Below are positions 1 to 8,050 of a DNA stretch of 64,000 nt, piece after piece. The stretch spans positions 1 to 64,000 of the IMG/VR virus record IMGVR_UViG_3300021185_003853. One strand, given 5' to 3'. The translations under genes were made by a program, and so were the position numbers. How positions within the stretch are numbered: position 1 is the first letter of the stretch; the number at the start of each line of letters is the position of its first letter. This DNA is from a virus. The notes below the pieces were generated by a model. The model saw nothing but the letters and a program-made list of their open reading frames with translations. It did not search any database and was not told where the DNA came from.

Positions 1-156
1 GCCACAACTGATTCTGGTTATGAGAACTTGGGATTGAACTACTCTGATATAAGAGCGTTCATTCAACAGCAAGAGGCAATTCTAGCCGCCTATAGGAGTT
101 ACTATCTAGAAGCAGAAGAAGAATTTAATGAAGCGAATGGTATCGAAGATGAGTAA
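1..156 (+). CDS. 3' end of a conserved T4-like phage protein (possibly spanin-like), partial
   Basis: Frame 1 is open from base 1 (ATTDSGYENLGLNYSDIRAFIQQQEAILAAYRSYY...EDE*) to TAA at 154-156; the function is a guess. Confidence 0.5.
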   Translation, partial: ATTDSGYENLGLNYSDIRAFIQQQEAILAAYRSYYLEAEEEFNEANGIEDE

Positions 157-469
157 AAGATACGCAGTTGTGACAACGATTCAAACATTTAAGCATAGAT
201 ATGTGGTCTCTGAAGATCGCCTTCAAAGTCTAAATGAGGACTCACCTGCTGAATTGGGATGGGCAGACGACTGTGTGACTTGTGACCAAATCGATGAGTT
301 CTCACAAAAGTACATAGACGAGTCTATCATTGAATCTAAGTGGATGAAAGAAGACGATGTTCTTTCGATGTTTGATGAAGATCCTGAATTGGAATACCTA
401 AAAGATTGGGACAAAGAACAAAGACTGACCTACATTAATCATGGTCTTATACTTGACAAAGATGATTAG
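149..469 (+). CDS. hypothetical protein
   Basis: ORF 128..469; ATG at 149 overlaps the end of the upstream gene and is the more likely start. Confidence 0.7.
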   Translation: MSKRYAVVTTIQTFKHRYVVSEDRLQSLNEDSPAELGWADDCVTCDQIDEFSQKYIDESIIESKWMKEDDVLSMFDEDPELEYLKDWDKEQRLTYINHGLILDKDD

Positions 470-481
470 TTCTGATATACT
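453..481 (+). promoter_or_regulatory. sigma70-type early promoter
   Basis: TTGACA-N17-TATACT. Confidence 0.75.
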
Positions 482-502
482 ATTGAAAAATTAGAGGATA
501 TT

Positions 503-745
503 ATGGTAACAATATTCGGTATAGACACTTGTTTTTATTGCTTGAGATGCAAACAGTTATGTCAGGCGCTAGAGATTGAGTATGAATACTTAAATCTGTC
601 AGAATCAGAAAATGGATTAAGGTTTACACAACTTTTTTCTGAAGAGGGACAGATACCGCAAGTTTTATGGGAGGGTGAACACATTGGTGGATACCCTGAA
701 TTAAAAAGTAAGATTGATGAATATATTAATGGAGAAGTAAAATGA
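503..745 (+). CDS. glutaredoxin-like protein
   Basis: CFYC motif, IPQV cis-Pro motif, HIGGY. Confidence 0.85.
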   Translation: MVTIFGIDTCFYCLRCKQLCQALEIEYEYLNLSESENGLRFTQLFSEEGQIPQVLWEGEHIGGYPELKSKIDEYINGEVK

Positions 746-1011
746 ATAGAAGTGAAGTGATTGAGAAACTAAAGTCTGATATTATAAATATAACATTCAC
801 TAAAGTAGATGGCTCTACTAGAAACATGAGAGCCACTTTAAGTGAAAATGAAATACCTACTGCATCTTCTGCTAGTACTGCTATGAAAGCACCTCAAACA
901 TATCAAGCCGTTTGGGATACAGAAGCAAGCGGTTGGAGATCATTCAAGTGGGATAGCATCAAAGAAGTAAATGGTGTTGCCACTCCAAACGGAGTATCAA
1001 TCAAAGGATAA
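742..1011 (+). CDS. WYL_2/DUF2693-like SH3 beta-barrel protein
   Basis: FTKVDGSTRNMRATL and VWDTEASGWRSFKWDSI motifs. Confidence 0.7.
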   Translation: MNRSEVIEKLKSDIINITFTKVDGSTRNMRATLSENEIPTASSASTAMKAPQTYQAVWDTEASGWRSFKWDSIKEVNGVATPNGVSIKG

Positions 1012-1014
1012 AAA

Positions 1015-1308
1015 ATGGATAGCAATAAACTCATAGAAAAACTTAAAAAGGGATATGTCAAAATTAAGTCGAAGACTAATGCTGGACAGCAAATTTCTGC
1101 CTACACATTAAATCGAGGACTTATAGATGGTCAAGTTTCTATGGGTGGAAGAAATGTGGCTAATCCGTTTAGTAAATCGCTTCGAAAGCCTTATAGGTAT
1201 CTTGATGTTTTCGAAAAGTCCACTAATTCTTGGACTTTGATTAGATGGGATAAGGTTGTAGAAGTTGATGGCATCAAGACAAAAAGCGGTATAGAATATA
1301 TCGGTTGA
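1015..1308 (+). CDS. diverged paralogue of the preceding SH3-like protein
   Basis: IEKLK...YTL...VFEKSTNSWTLIRWDKVVEVDG aligns by eye with 742..1011. Confidence 0.6.
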   Translation: MDSNKLIEKLKKGYVKIKSKTNAGQQISAYTLNRGLIDGQVSMGGRNVANPFSKSLRKPYRYLDVFEKSTNSWTLIRWDKVVEVDGIKTKSGIEYIG

Positions 1309-1333
1309 CACTTTCTTGATTATGTGATATAAT
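1305..1333 (+). promoter_or_regulatory. sigma70-type early promoter
   Basis: TTGACA-N17-TATAAT. Confidence 0.85.
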
Positions 1334-1360
1334 GGTTGTTTTAATTGATTGGAGTAAAAT

Positions 1361-2515
1361 ATGGCTAAAAGTAAAAAGAGGGCTATACCGAGAAGAGGTA
1401 ATGCGGCTAAGTTGGCTGAAGAGTCTAACATTGGTCGAGAAACCATTGATTGGTCGTCAGTAAAGCCTGAAGAGTATAGAAAGAATATACTCGAAACTTT
1501 ACGCCACTACGGATACTTTTACGAGAAGAAATCTTATGTCTCGTGGTCTATAGAATGGATAAAGGCAAATCGCCCTAGTGATCTAAAAACATTCAAAGCA
1601 AGCGAAGACTGGAGAGTATCTGCCACATTAGCAGGTCTAATGAAGATGCAGTTGATGGGTGCAGAACTAGAACAGTCTGATATTGATTTCATTGAAAGTA
1701 GTGTGGCAAGAATACTACAAATAGGTAAAATGAATATAGAGAATGTTGTAGAAGAAGTTGAAGAAGATAAAGAACCCGTCAAAAGAAAGAACCCATCCGA
1801 ACTTCTAAAAGAAAAGACTCTAAACATTACGGGCGAGATCGAGGGTTTCATCGATGACTATCTAGATGGAACTCTTGATAAGAAGTTCTCATTATATACC
1901 CATTTAAAAACTATTGATGCCGCCGCACAAACTGCCAGAGATATCGCTAAGTTCTACAGAGAAATGGAAGCAGAGTTATTAGAACTGACAGTAAACAAAG
2001 ATGCTGAGTTAGTAGAAGGCTATAGCAGTCTCTCTACCAAAGAGCAGAAGGGTTTACTTAAATTGATATCTGGTTTTGTTAGTGATGCTGAGAAGTTTGT
2101 CTTGAGTAAAAAGGCAAATAGAAAACCTCGTGCCAAGAAAGCCACACCTGCCACAAAGCAAGTAGCAAAGGTTATCTATCAAAAAGAATGCGCTGACTTT
2201 AAAATATCTAGCACTAGTCCAGCCTACATAGTTGGCGCCACTGAAGTTTATCTGTTCAATACCAAAACTAGAGTTATTAAGTATCTAGTTACAGATAATA
2301 AAGACGGCTTTATAGTCAGTGGTACGACTGTCAAAAACTATGACGAAGAACTGTCATTCAAGAAAAAACTCAGAAAGCCTGAAGAGACAATCGATTCTAT
2401 CAACAAAGTAACAAAGTTGAGAGCATTGAAAGCATTGAAGGCTTTGAAAACCAAAGCAAGTTCAACTGACGGTAGAATAAACGCAGACACTGTTATTCTA
2501 AAGGTGAATAAGTGA
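1361..2515 (+). CDS. conserved hypothetical T4-like phage protein
   Basis: 384-aa ORF with GGAG SD and basic C-terminus (KKLRKPEE, DGRINADTVILKV). Confidence 0.75.
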   Translation: MAKSKKRAIPRRGNAAKLAEESNIGRETIDWSSVKPEEYRKNILETLRHYGYFYEKKSYVSWSIEWIKANRPSDLKTFKASEDWRVSATLAGLMKMQLMGAELEQSDIDFIESSVARILQIGKMNIENVVEEVEEDKEPVKRKNPSELLKEKTLNITGEIEGFIDDYLDGTLDKKFSLYTHLKTIDAAAQTARDIAKFYREMEAELLELTVNKDAELVEGYSSLSTKEQKGLLKLISGFVSDAEKFVLSKKANRKPRAKKATPATKQVAKVIYQKECADFKISSTSPAYIVGATEVYLFNTKTRVIKYLVTDNKDGFIVSGTTVKNYDEELSFKKKLRKPEETIDSINKVTKLRALKALKALKTKASSTDGRINADTVILKVNK

Positions 2516-2901
2516 AAGATAACATAATCGATTTTAATAAAGCCTTTGAGAAAAGAAAGAGGCTTGAAAAGGAGATTGATGATCTAATACTAGAGAGTGA
2601 TGAAGAGATAATAGATTTCTTTTCTACACTAAATGCGAGAGAAACCGTTTGGGCTTTGAGAGGATTTGATTTTGATATCGAAAGTGATCCAAGATCGATG
2701 CTAGACATCCTCACGATAATAGAAGCAACGAAGTCTCTAATGTGGAGAGCAAGAGGAAAGGATTATGCATTTCAAACTTTTGCCGATACAGTATTCGAAA
2801 GTGTGCAAGAAGAAAGTGGCGTTCAAATGGAACATATGTTAGACCGCTTTATAGTTGACATGGAAGAATACTACGCCAGTCTAGATGACTATGATATGTA
2901 A
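2512..2901 (+). CDS. hypothetical protein
   Basis: 129-aa acidic ORF coupled to the upstream stop. Confidence 0.7.
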   Translation: MKDNIIDFNKAFEKRKRLEKEIDDLILESDEEIIDFFSTLNARETVWALRGFDFDIESDPRSMLDILTIIEATKSLMWRARGKDYAFQTFADTVFESVQEESGVQMEHMLDRFIVDMEEYYASLDDYDM

Positions 2902-2909
2902 AAAAAGAC

Positions 2910-2939
2910 TTGACAAAACCCATTAACTTATGTTATAGT
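2910..2939 (+). promoter_or_regulatory. sigma70-type promoter
   Basis: TTGACA-N18-TATAGT with extended TG. Confidence 0.7.
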
Positions 2940-2971
2940 AGTCAATACTAAATTAAGTTAGGAGATATAAA

Positions 2972-3823
2972 ATGATATTGGTTGATCTGAACCAAGTCAT
3001 GATCGCAAATATGATGATGCAAATTGGTAATCATCATAATGCTGAGATTGACGAAGGTATGCTAAGGCATATGATTTTAAATACATTACGAGCCAATCGC
3101 AAGAAGTTTACATCTGAGTTTGGTGAACTCGTAATCTGCTGTGACGATAAGAACTATTGGCGCAGACGGATATATCCATACTACAAAGCGAATCGTAAAA
3201 AGACTAGAGATAGTTCCGAAATGGATTGGAATGCTATCTTTATTGCTTTGAACAACATTCGTGAAGAACTGAAAGAGTTCTTTCCATATAAAGTTATTCA
3301 AGTAGAAACCTGCGAAGCAGATGATATCATTGGTGTTATCACGCACGAAGAGGGTACTGAACTAAACGCAGGTGAGCCTATACTGATTCTGTCCGGTGAT
3401 AAGGATTATATACAATTGCATAAGTATGCTAATGTGAAGCAATATGATCCAGTCAGAAAGCGTTGGATTTCTAATGCAAATCCAGATAAATATCTTGCTG
3501 AACATATTATCAAGGGTGATTCAGGTGATGGCATTCCAAATGTCTTGTCTGAAGATAATGCTTTGGTTATGGGTACAAGACAACGCCCAATAACACAAAA
3601 GCGACTTGCTGAGTGGGCTGATATAAATAATATGAACGATGAGGTAAAACGGAACTACATGAGAAACAAGGCTTTGATTGATTTGAATGAAGTTCCTCAG
3701 TCAATGAAAGAAGAAATTCTTTCGCTTTGGCATAAAGATGATGGTAAAGATAGAAGTCAGTTGCTAAATTACTTTATCAAAAATAAACTGAGAAATTTAA
3801 TGGAATGTATAACGGAGTTTTAA
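2972..3823 (+). CDS. rnh: T4-type RNase H (5'-3' exonuclease)
   Basis: ILVDLNQ, YYKANRK, EADDIIG, LSGDKDYIQL, KGDSGDGIPN motifs. Confidence 0.93.
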   Translation: MILVDLNQVMIANMMMQIGNHHNAEIDEGMLRHMILNTLRANRKKFTSEFGELVICCDDKNYWRRRIYPYYKANRKKTRDSSEMDWNAIFIALNNIREELKEFFPYKVIQVETCEADDIIGVITHEEGTELNAGEPILILSGDKDYIQLHKYANVKQYDPVRKRWISNANPDKYLAEHIIKGDSGDGIPNVLSEDNALVMGTRQRPITQKRLAEWADINNMNDEVKRNYMRNKALIDLNEVPQSMKEEILSLWHKDDGKDRSQLLNYFIKNKLRNLMECITEF

Positions 3824-3824
3824 A

Positions 3825-4304
3825 ATGACTACATTATCTCTGGCAGAGATTGTTAACACTGCCCGAAAAGCTGAGACAGTTGAAGAGAAGGTTGCAATTC
3901 TAAAGAAACACAATAGCAAACAATTGAAAGATGTTTTGATTCTTATGTGTGACAAGAGGTGGACTTTTGATTTACCAGACACGCCTCCTCCATACGAAGA
4001 GTCTGTCATTCATGAGTCACATGGAATGCTATATCGTGAAACTAGAAAGTTTCCTTACTTCGTGAAGGAGATGCCACAAGGCCAGAATTTAGAAAGAATG
4101 AGAAAAGAAGCACTATTCATTCAGTTGCTAGAAACAGTCGATGCAGAAGATGCTAAACTTGTTCTTCGTATGATTGCGAAAGAGCCGTATCCAGATTTGG
4201 CACCTGAGGTTATTAATCAGGCACTTGGAAACATAATTGTTGATCCAATTCCAGTTAAAAGGGGTCGTGGTCGACCTAAGAAATCAGAAGCACCGGTATC
4301 ATAA
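3825..4304 (+). CDS. conserved T4-like phage hypothetical protein with C-terminal AT-hook-like motif
   Basis: FDLPDTPPPY, RKEALFIQLLE; ends KRGRGRPKK. Confidence 0.7.
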   Translation: MTTLSLAEIVNTARKAETVEEKVAILKKHNSKQLKDVLILMCDKRWTFDLPDTPPPYEESVIHESHGMLYRETRKFPYFVKEMPQGQNLERMRKEALFIQLLETVDAEDAKLVLRMIAKEPYPDLAPEVINQALGNIIVDPIPVKRGRGRPKKSEAPVS

Positions 4305-4318
4305 TAAGGTAAGGTAAG

Positions 4319-4462
4319 ATGGGTAAAAATAAGAGTAAGAAATTTCGTGAGTGGATGGATGAGGACTTTGATAGTAAAAAGGACTCAAAGCGATACGACA
4401 AGCGTAAAGCAAAGATTCAAGAAGCGAGACGAAACAAGCGAAAGAACCGAGATTCTTTCTAA
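4319..4462 (+). CDS. small basic hypothetical protein (47 aa)
   Basis: Hand translation MGKNKSKKFREWMDEDF...NRDSF*; AAGG upstream. Confidence 0.6.
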   Translation: MGKNKSKKFREWMDEDFDSKKDSKRYDKRKAKIQEARRNKRKNRDSF

Positions 4463-4489
4463 ACACAACATATATTATGGAGTTATAGT

Positions 4490-5002
4490 ATGATATCAGC
4501 AGTAGGGACTATGTTCCCAGACTTTGAATTGACAGGCGTAAACAAAGATAATGAGTTCGAGAAAGTTAACAATACTAACTTGATTGGCAAATGGTCTGTA
4601 GTTTACTTCTACCCAAAAGACTTTACTTTCATCTGTCCAACTGAAATTGCGGCATTTGACGAACTAACTGCACACGCCAATGTACTTGGTATTAGTGGCG
4701 ATAACGAGTTCTGCAAACTCGCATGGAAGAAAGACAACGATCTAATCGGTAATATTCAGCACACACTACTCGCAGACTGTGGTCTAAGACTCGCAAGAGA
4801 TTGTGGTGTCAAAGAACACTCTGAACAAGTTGCTTATCGTGCAACATTCATTCTAGACGAAGTTGGTGTGATTCAACACTGTTCTGTAAATGCATTAGAT
4901 ACTGGTCGTAATGCCAAAGAGATACTTCGTACCCTGAAAGCACTACAAGCAGGTGGTCTAACTGGCTGTTCATGGAACCCAGGTGATCAATTCGTAGCAT
5001 AA
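4490..5002 (+). CDS. ahpC: 2-Cys peroxiredoxin (AhpC type)
   Basis: FYPKDFTFICPTE peroxidatic motif; GRN; C-terminal GCSW. Confidence 0.93.
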   Translation: MISAVGTMFPDFELTGVNKDNEFEKVNNTNLIGKWSVVYFYPKDFTFICPTEIAAFDELTAHANVLGISGDNEFCKLAWKKDNDLIGNIQHTLLADCGLRLARDCGVKEHSEQVAYRATFILDEVGVIQHCSVNALDTGRNAKEILRTLKALQAGGLTGCSWNPGDQFVA

Positions 5003-5007
5003 AAGTC

Positions 5008-5037
5008 TTGACTTTACCTATACAAGTATGTTATAAT
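5008..5037 (+). promoter_or_regulatory. sigma70-type promoter
   Basis: TTGACT-N18-TATAAT, extended TG. Confidence 0.75.
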
Positions 5038-5066
5038 ACTTTGTATTTTGATGATAAGGAAGTAAA

Positions 5067-5642
5067 TTGAATAACAAGATAATAGTAGTTGATTGTGATG
5101 GTGTTCTTCTTGATTGGGAACATAGCTTCAAACTCTGGATGAAAGAGAAGGGTTATGAAGTAAAGAACGATGTTGAGTATTCTATGGCTAAATCTTACGA
5201 GATGGAAAAGCCAGAGATGAAAAAGTTGATTCGCCATTTTAACGAGAGCGCAACGATGTGTTGCTTACCGCCTCTTCGAGATGCTGTGAAGTATGTTCGC
5301 AAGATTCACGAAGAGTTAGGTTATGTCTTTCACTGTGTCACTAGTATGACTCTTGATCGTCACGCCAACAAGTTGAGAGAACAAAACTTGAGCAACCTGT
5401 TCGGTGAAACAGCTTTTGAGAAAGTTCAATGTCTTGACACTGGTGCTGACAAAGACGATGCACTTCTTCCTTATCTTGATAGTGGTTGTGTCTGGGTCGA
5501 AGATAAGATTAAGAACGCTGAGTTAGGTGATCGTTTAGGAATGAGTGCTGTACTGATGAAGCATGACCACCAAAACGATTATACTAACGATGCAATCCCC
5601 GCAGTAGAAAGTTGGAAAGAAATCTATGAAATGCTCTCATAA
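5067..5642 (+). CDS. HAD-family phosphatase/nucleotidase (T4 gp30.2-like)
   Basis: DCDGVLLDW motif I; WVEDK motif IV. Confidence 0.8.
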   Translation: MNNKIIVVDCDGVLLDWEHSFKLWMKEKGYEVKNDVEYSMAKSYEMEKPEMKKLIRHFNESATMCCLPPLRDAVKYVRKIHEELGYVFHCVTSMTLDRHANKLREQNLSNLFGETAFEKVQCLDTGADKDDALLPYLDSGCVWVEDKIKNAELGDRLGMSAVLMKHDHQNDYTNDAIPAVESWKEIYEMLS

Positions 5643-5655
5643 GGGCTTCATTTGA

Positions 5656-5663
5656 TATAAATA
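5656..5663 (+). promoter_or_regulatory. T4-type late promoter
   Basis: TATAAATA upstream of the FmdB-phoH-PAAR-fibre run. Confidence 0.7.
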
Positions 5664-5686
5664 TCATTATGGTTAGATGTGAGTTA

Positions 5687-5714
5687 GGGCAATCTAAGGA
5701 TTGTCCATTTTTTT
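5687..5714 (+). terminator. Rho-independent terminator-like hairpin
   Basis: GGGCAATC-TAAG-GATTGTCC followed by A and T7. Confidence 0.55.
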
Positions 5715-5731
5715 AGCAATCGGAGAATAGT

Positions 5732-5965
5732 ATGCCTATATATCAATACAAAAATGAAGAAACCGGTGAAGTGAGTGATAAGTTCATGTCCATTTCCGAT
5801 ATGGAGCAATTCGAAATCGACAACCCCCACATGAAGAAAATGATACAGCCCGTTGCATTCGGTGATGCGATGCGTATGGGTGTAAGAAAAACTGACGACA
5901 GTTTTAATGATTTGATGAAGAACATTAAAAAGCACAATGCGGGGTCTACAATAAAAACAAGATAA
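5732..5965 (+). CDS. FmdB-like small regulatory protein
   Basis: MPIYQYKNEETGE...NPH; the usual neighbour of phoH in T4-like phages. Confidence 0.65.
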   Translation: MPIYQYKNEETGEVSDKFMSISDMEQFEIDNPHMKKMIQPVAFGDAMRMGVRKTDDSFNDLMKNIKKHNAGSTIKTR

Positions 5966-5977
5966 GGATTTTAATTA

Positions 5978-6733
5978 ATGCCTGCACAACAACAAGAAAG
6001 ACTAACTAAAAGGCAAAGACGAGTATTAAGACAACAGGGGATATTAGACACAACAAATCAACTTTCATCAGGATTTACAGTTAAGAGCGATATTGCTCCA
6101 ATGACTGATAATCAGGCTTTAGCCTTTGAGTCGTGGGATGAGGGTCAAAACTTAATGTTACATGGTATAGCCGGAACTGGTAAAACATTTCTAGCACTAT
6201 ACTTTGCACTTAAAGAGACATTGAAGACAAACACTCCACATAAGAAAGTGTTTATCATTCGATCAATCGTTCCAACAAGAGATATAGGCTTTCTGCCTGG
6301 TTCTCAGAAAGATAAGATGAAAGTGTACGAAGCACCGTACTACGACATCTGTAGCAAACTCTTTGGTAGAGGTGATGCTTACGAGATTCTGAAAACTAGA
6401 AACAATGTAGAGTTTGTATCTACTTCCTTTCTAAGAGGTTCTACCTTTGATGACTGCATTATCGTAGTTGACGAAGTTCAAAACATGAGTGATCAAGAAT
6501 TACACACAGTAATGACTCGTGTCGGTGAAGATTGTAGAATCATTTTCGCAGGTGATGTAAAGCAAGACGATCTAACAAGTGAACGAAAGAAAGAACTTTC
6601 AGGCTTGAAAAAGTTCATGGAAGTGATTCGCAATATGCGAGAGTTCGACTTTGTTGAGTTTCTAGCCAATGATATTGTAAGAAGTAATCTCGTAAAATCA
6701 TATATAATAGAGAGAGATAAACAAGGATTATAG
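5978..6733 (+). CDS. phoH: PhoH-family ATPase
   Basis: GIAGTGKT Walker A, IGFLPG, FLRGSTF, VDEVQN, GDVKQDD. Confidence 0.95.
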   Translation: MPAQQQERLTKRQRRVLRQQGILDTTNQLSSGFTVKSDIAPMTDNQALAFESWDEGQNLMLHGIAGTGKTFLALYFALKETLKTNTPHKKVFIIRSIVPTRDIGFLPGSQKDKMKVYEAPYYDICSKLFGRGDAYEILKTRNNVEFVSTSFLRGSTFDDCIIVVDEVQNMSDQELHTVMTRVGEDCRIIFAGDVKQDDLTSERKKELSGLKKFMEVIRNMREFDFVEFLANDIVRSNLVKSYIIERDKQGL

Positions 6734-6735
6734 TA

Positions 6736-7326
6736 ATGCCAGGCGTAGTAAGACAAGACATAGACACTCAAGCAGGACATCCCTGCCCAGCCGTACCTAC
6801 CAGTCACGGTCCACAGCCTTATGTGTCTGCGGGGCAAAGTAAAGTCTTTGCTGATAATGCACTTATTGTGAATAAACTTGGGTCAGCCGCTTGCGGTGAT
6901 ACAGTCGATGCAGTATCAACTAAAGTCTTTGCAGGAGGCCAAGGCGTTCATCGATTGGGTGATGCCACTGTGGGTGAAGGATGTTTCAACCCGTCTACAG
7001 CCGCTAGTGCATCAAACAAAGTATTTTCTGACGACCAAAATAATGCTATTGCTTCTGAAATTTCAATTACACCGATCGAAGATAATGACGGAGATGGAAC
7101 TATCAACCAGTTTGATGCTTTCCCGAATGACCATAGACGAGGAAATGAGACTACTGATACAGATGGTGACGGCATACCAAACAATCAAGATAGTGATGAT
7201 GACAACGATGGTGTTGTTGATGGTCCAGATAGATTCCCGTATGATCCAACAGAATCGGAAGACAAAGATCGTGATGGCGTAGGTGCTAACACTGATGCAG
7301 ATGATAATGATCCGGATGTTCAGTAA
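6736..7326 (+). CDS. PAAR-like spike tip protein (gp5.4-like) with C-terminal thrombospondin type-3-like Ca-binding repeats
   Basis: Three KVF repeats, GH, CGD, VHRLGD; then DxDxDG repeats (DNDGDG, DTDGDGIPN, DDDNDGVVD, DKDRDGVG). Confidence 0.75.
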   Translation: MPGVVRQDIDTQAGHPCPAVPTSHGPQPYVSAGQSKVFADNALIVNKLGSAACGDTVDAVSTKVFAGGQGVHRLGDATVGEGCFNPSTAASASNKVFSDDQNNAIASEISITPIEDNDGDGTINQFDAFPNDHRRGNETTDTDGDGIPNNQDSDDDNDGVVDGPDRFPYDPTESEDKDRDGVGANTDADDNDPDVQ

Positions 7327-8033
7327 TGAGTTGGCCCCAAAATCCTGATTGGGCTACGATATTACCTCAACTGCCTGTCGCATCAAGTGTTCCTAATCCA
7401 GATATAGATAATCTAGATGGCGATGCTAACACTGATGCTTATGTACTAGCCGCATGGGTCGAAATTTTGGGTCAATGGCCAAATCAAACTCTTCCTATAG
7501 ATTTGATGACTTTTGTGTTTGACATTCAAGACGGAGCATCAGGAACAACTGCAATTAACATCAATGCTACGAGTAATGCCGCTGGCTTTGCCTTTGGCGG
7601 ACAAAATCATACTATTGATATAGACGGATCATCTTCTGTCAGTATACCAACTTTAGCATCCGCAACTCAACACACTTATGTTTCATCTAGCACGAGATCG
7701 GCAGATGGGACACAGGAAACTGTGATAATAAGTTACAACTGTGACGACACGACAGTTACTGGACTAGGTTTAAGTGTTCATTACGACACTTCAAAGGTTA
7801 CACTAAATAGTGTAACGAGTGTATATGAAGGAGGCTTGTTTATACGCCCTAACTTGACCCAAAGACGAGACGAACTCTTAGAGCAACTACAGGGAAGAGT
7901 TTATAGAAAAATGACAGATGAAGAAGTAACATTATTTGACTATGTTAAGATGGGATACATAGAAGATAACCCGAATGAGACAACAAGAGATAGTTATGTA
8001 GGAAACTATCAGTTTGGAATTACGGGTCCATAA
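7326..8033 (+). CDS. hypothetical virion-associated protein, possible cohesin-like beta-sandwich
   Basis: VTGLGLSVHYDTSKVTLNSV resembles a cohesin strand pattern; lies between PAAR and the fibre gene. Confidence 0.5.
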   Translation: MSWPQNPDWATILPQLPVASSVPNPDIDNLDGDANTDAYVLAAWVEILGQWPNQTLPIDLMTFVFDIQDGASGTTAININATSNAAGFAFGGQNHTIDIDGSSSVSIPTLASATQHTYVSSSTRSADGTQETVIISYNCDDTTVTGLGLSVHYDTSKVTLNSVTSVYEGGLFIRPNLTQRRDELLEQLQGRVYRKMTDEEVTLFDYVKMGYIEDNPNETTRDSYVGNYQFGITGP

Positions 8034-8050
8034 TTAATTAGGATTAACAA

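Noticed and set aside
5641-5977. Pho box upstream of phoH
   Set aside because: No 11-bp-period CTGTCAT repeats seen; the upstream signal is a late promoter
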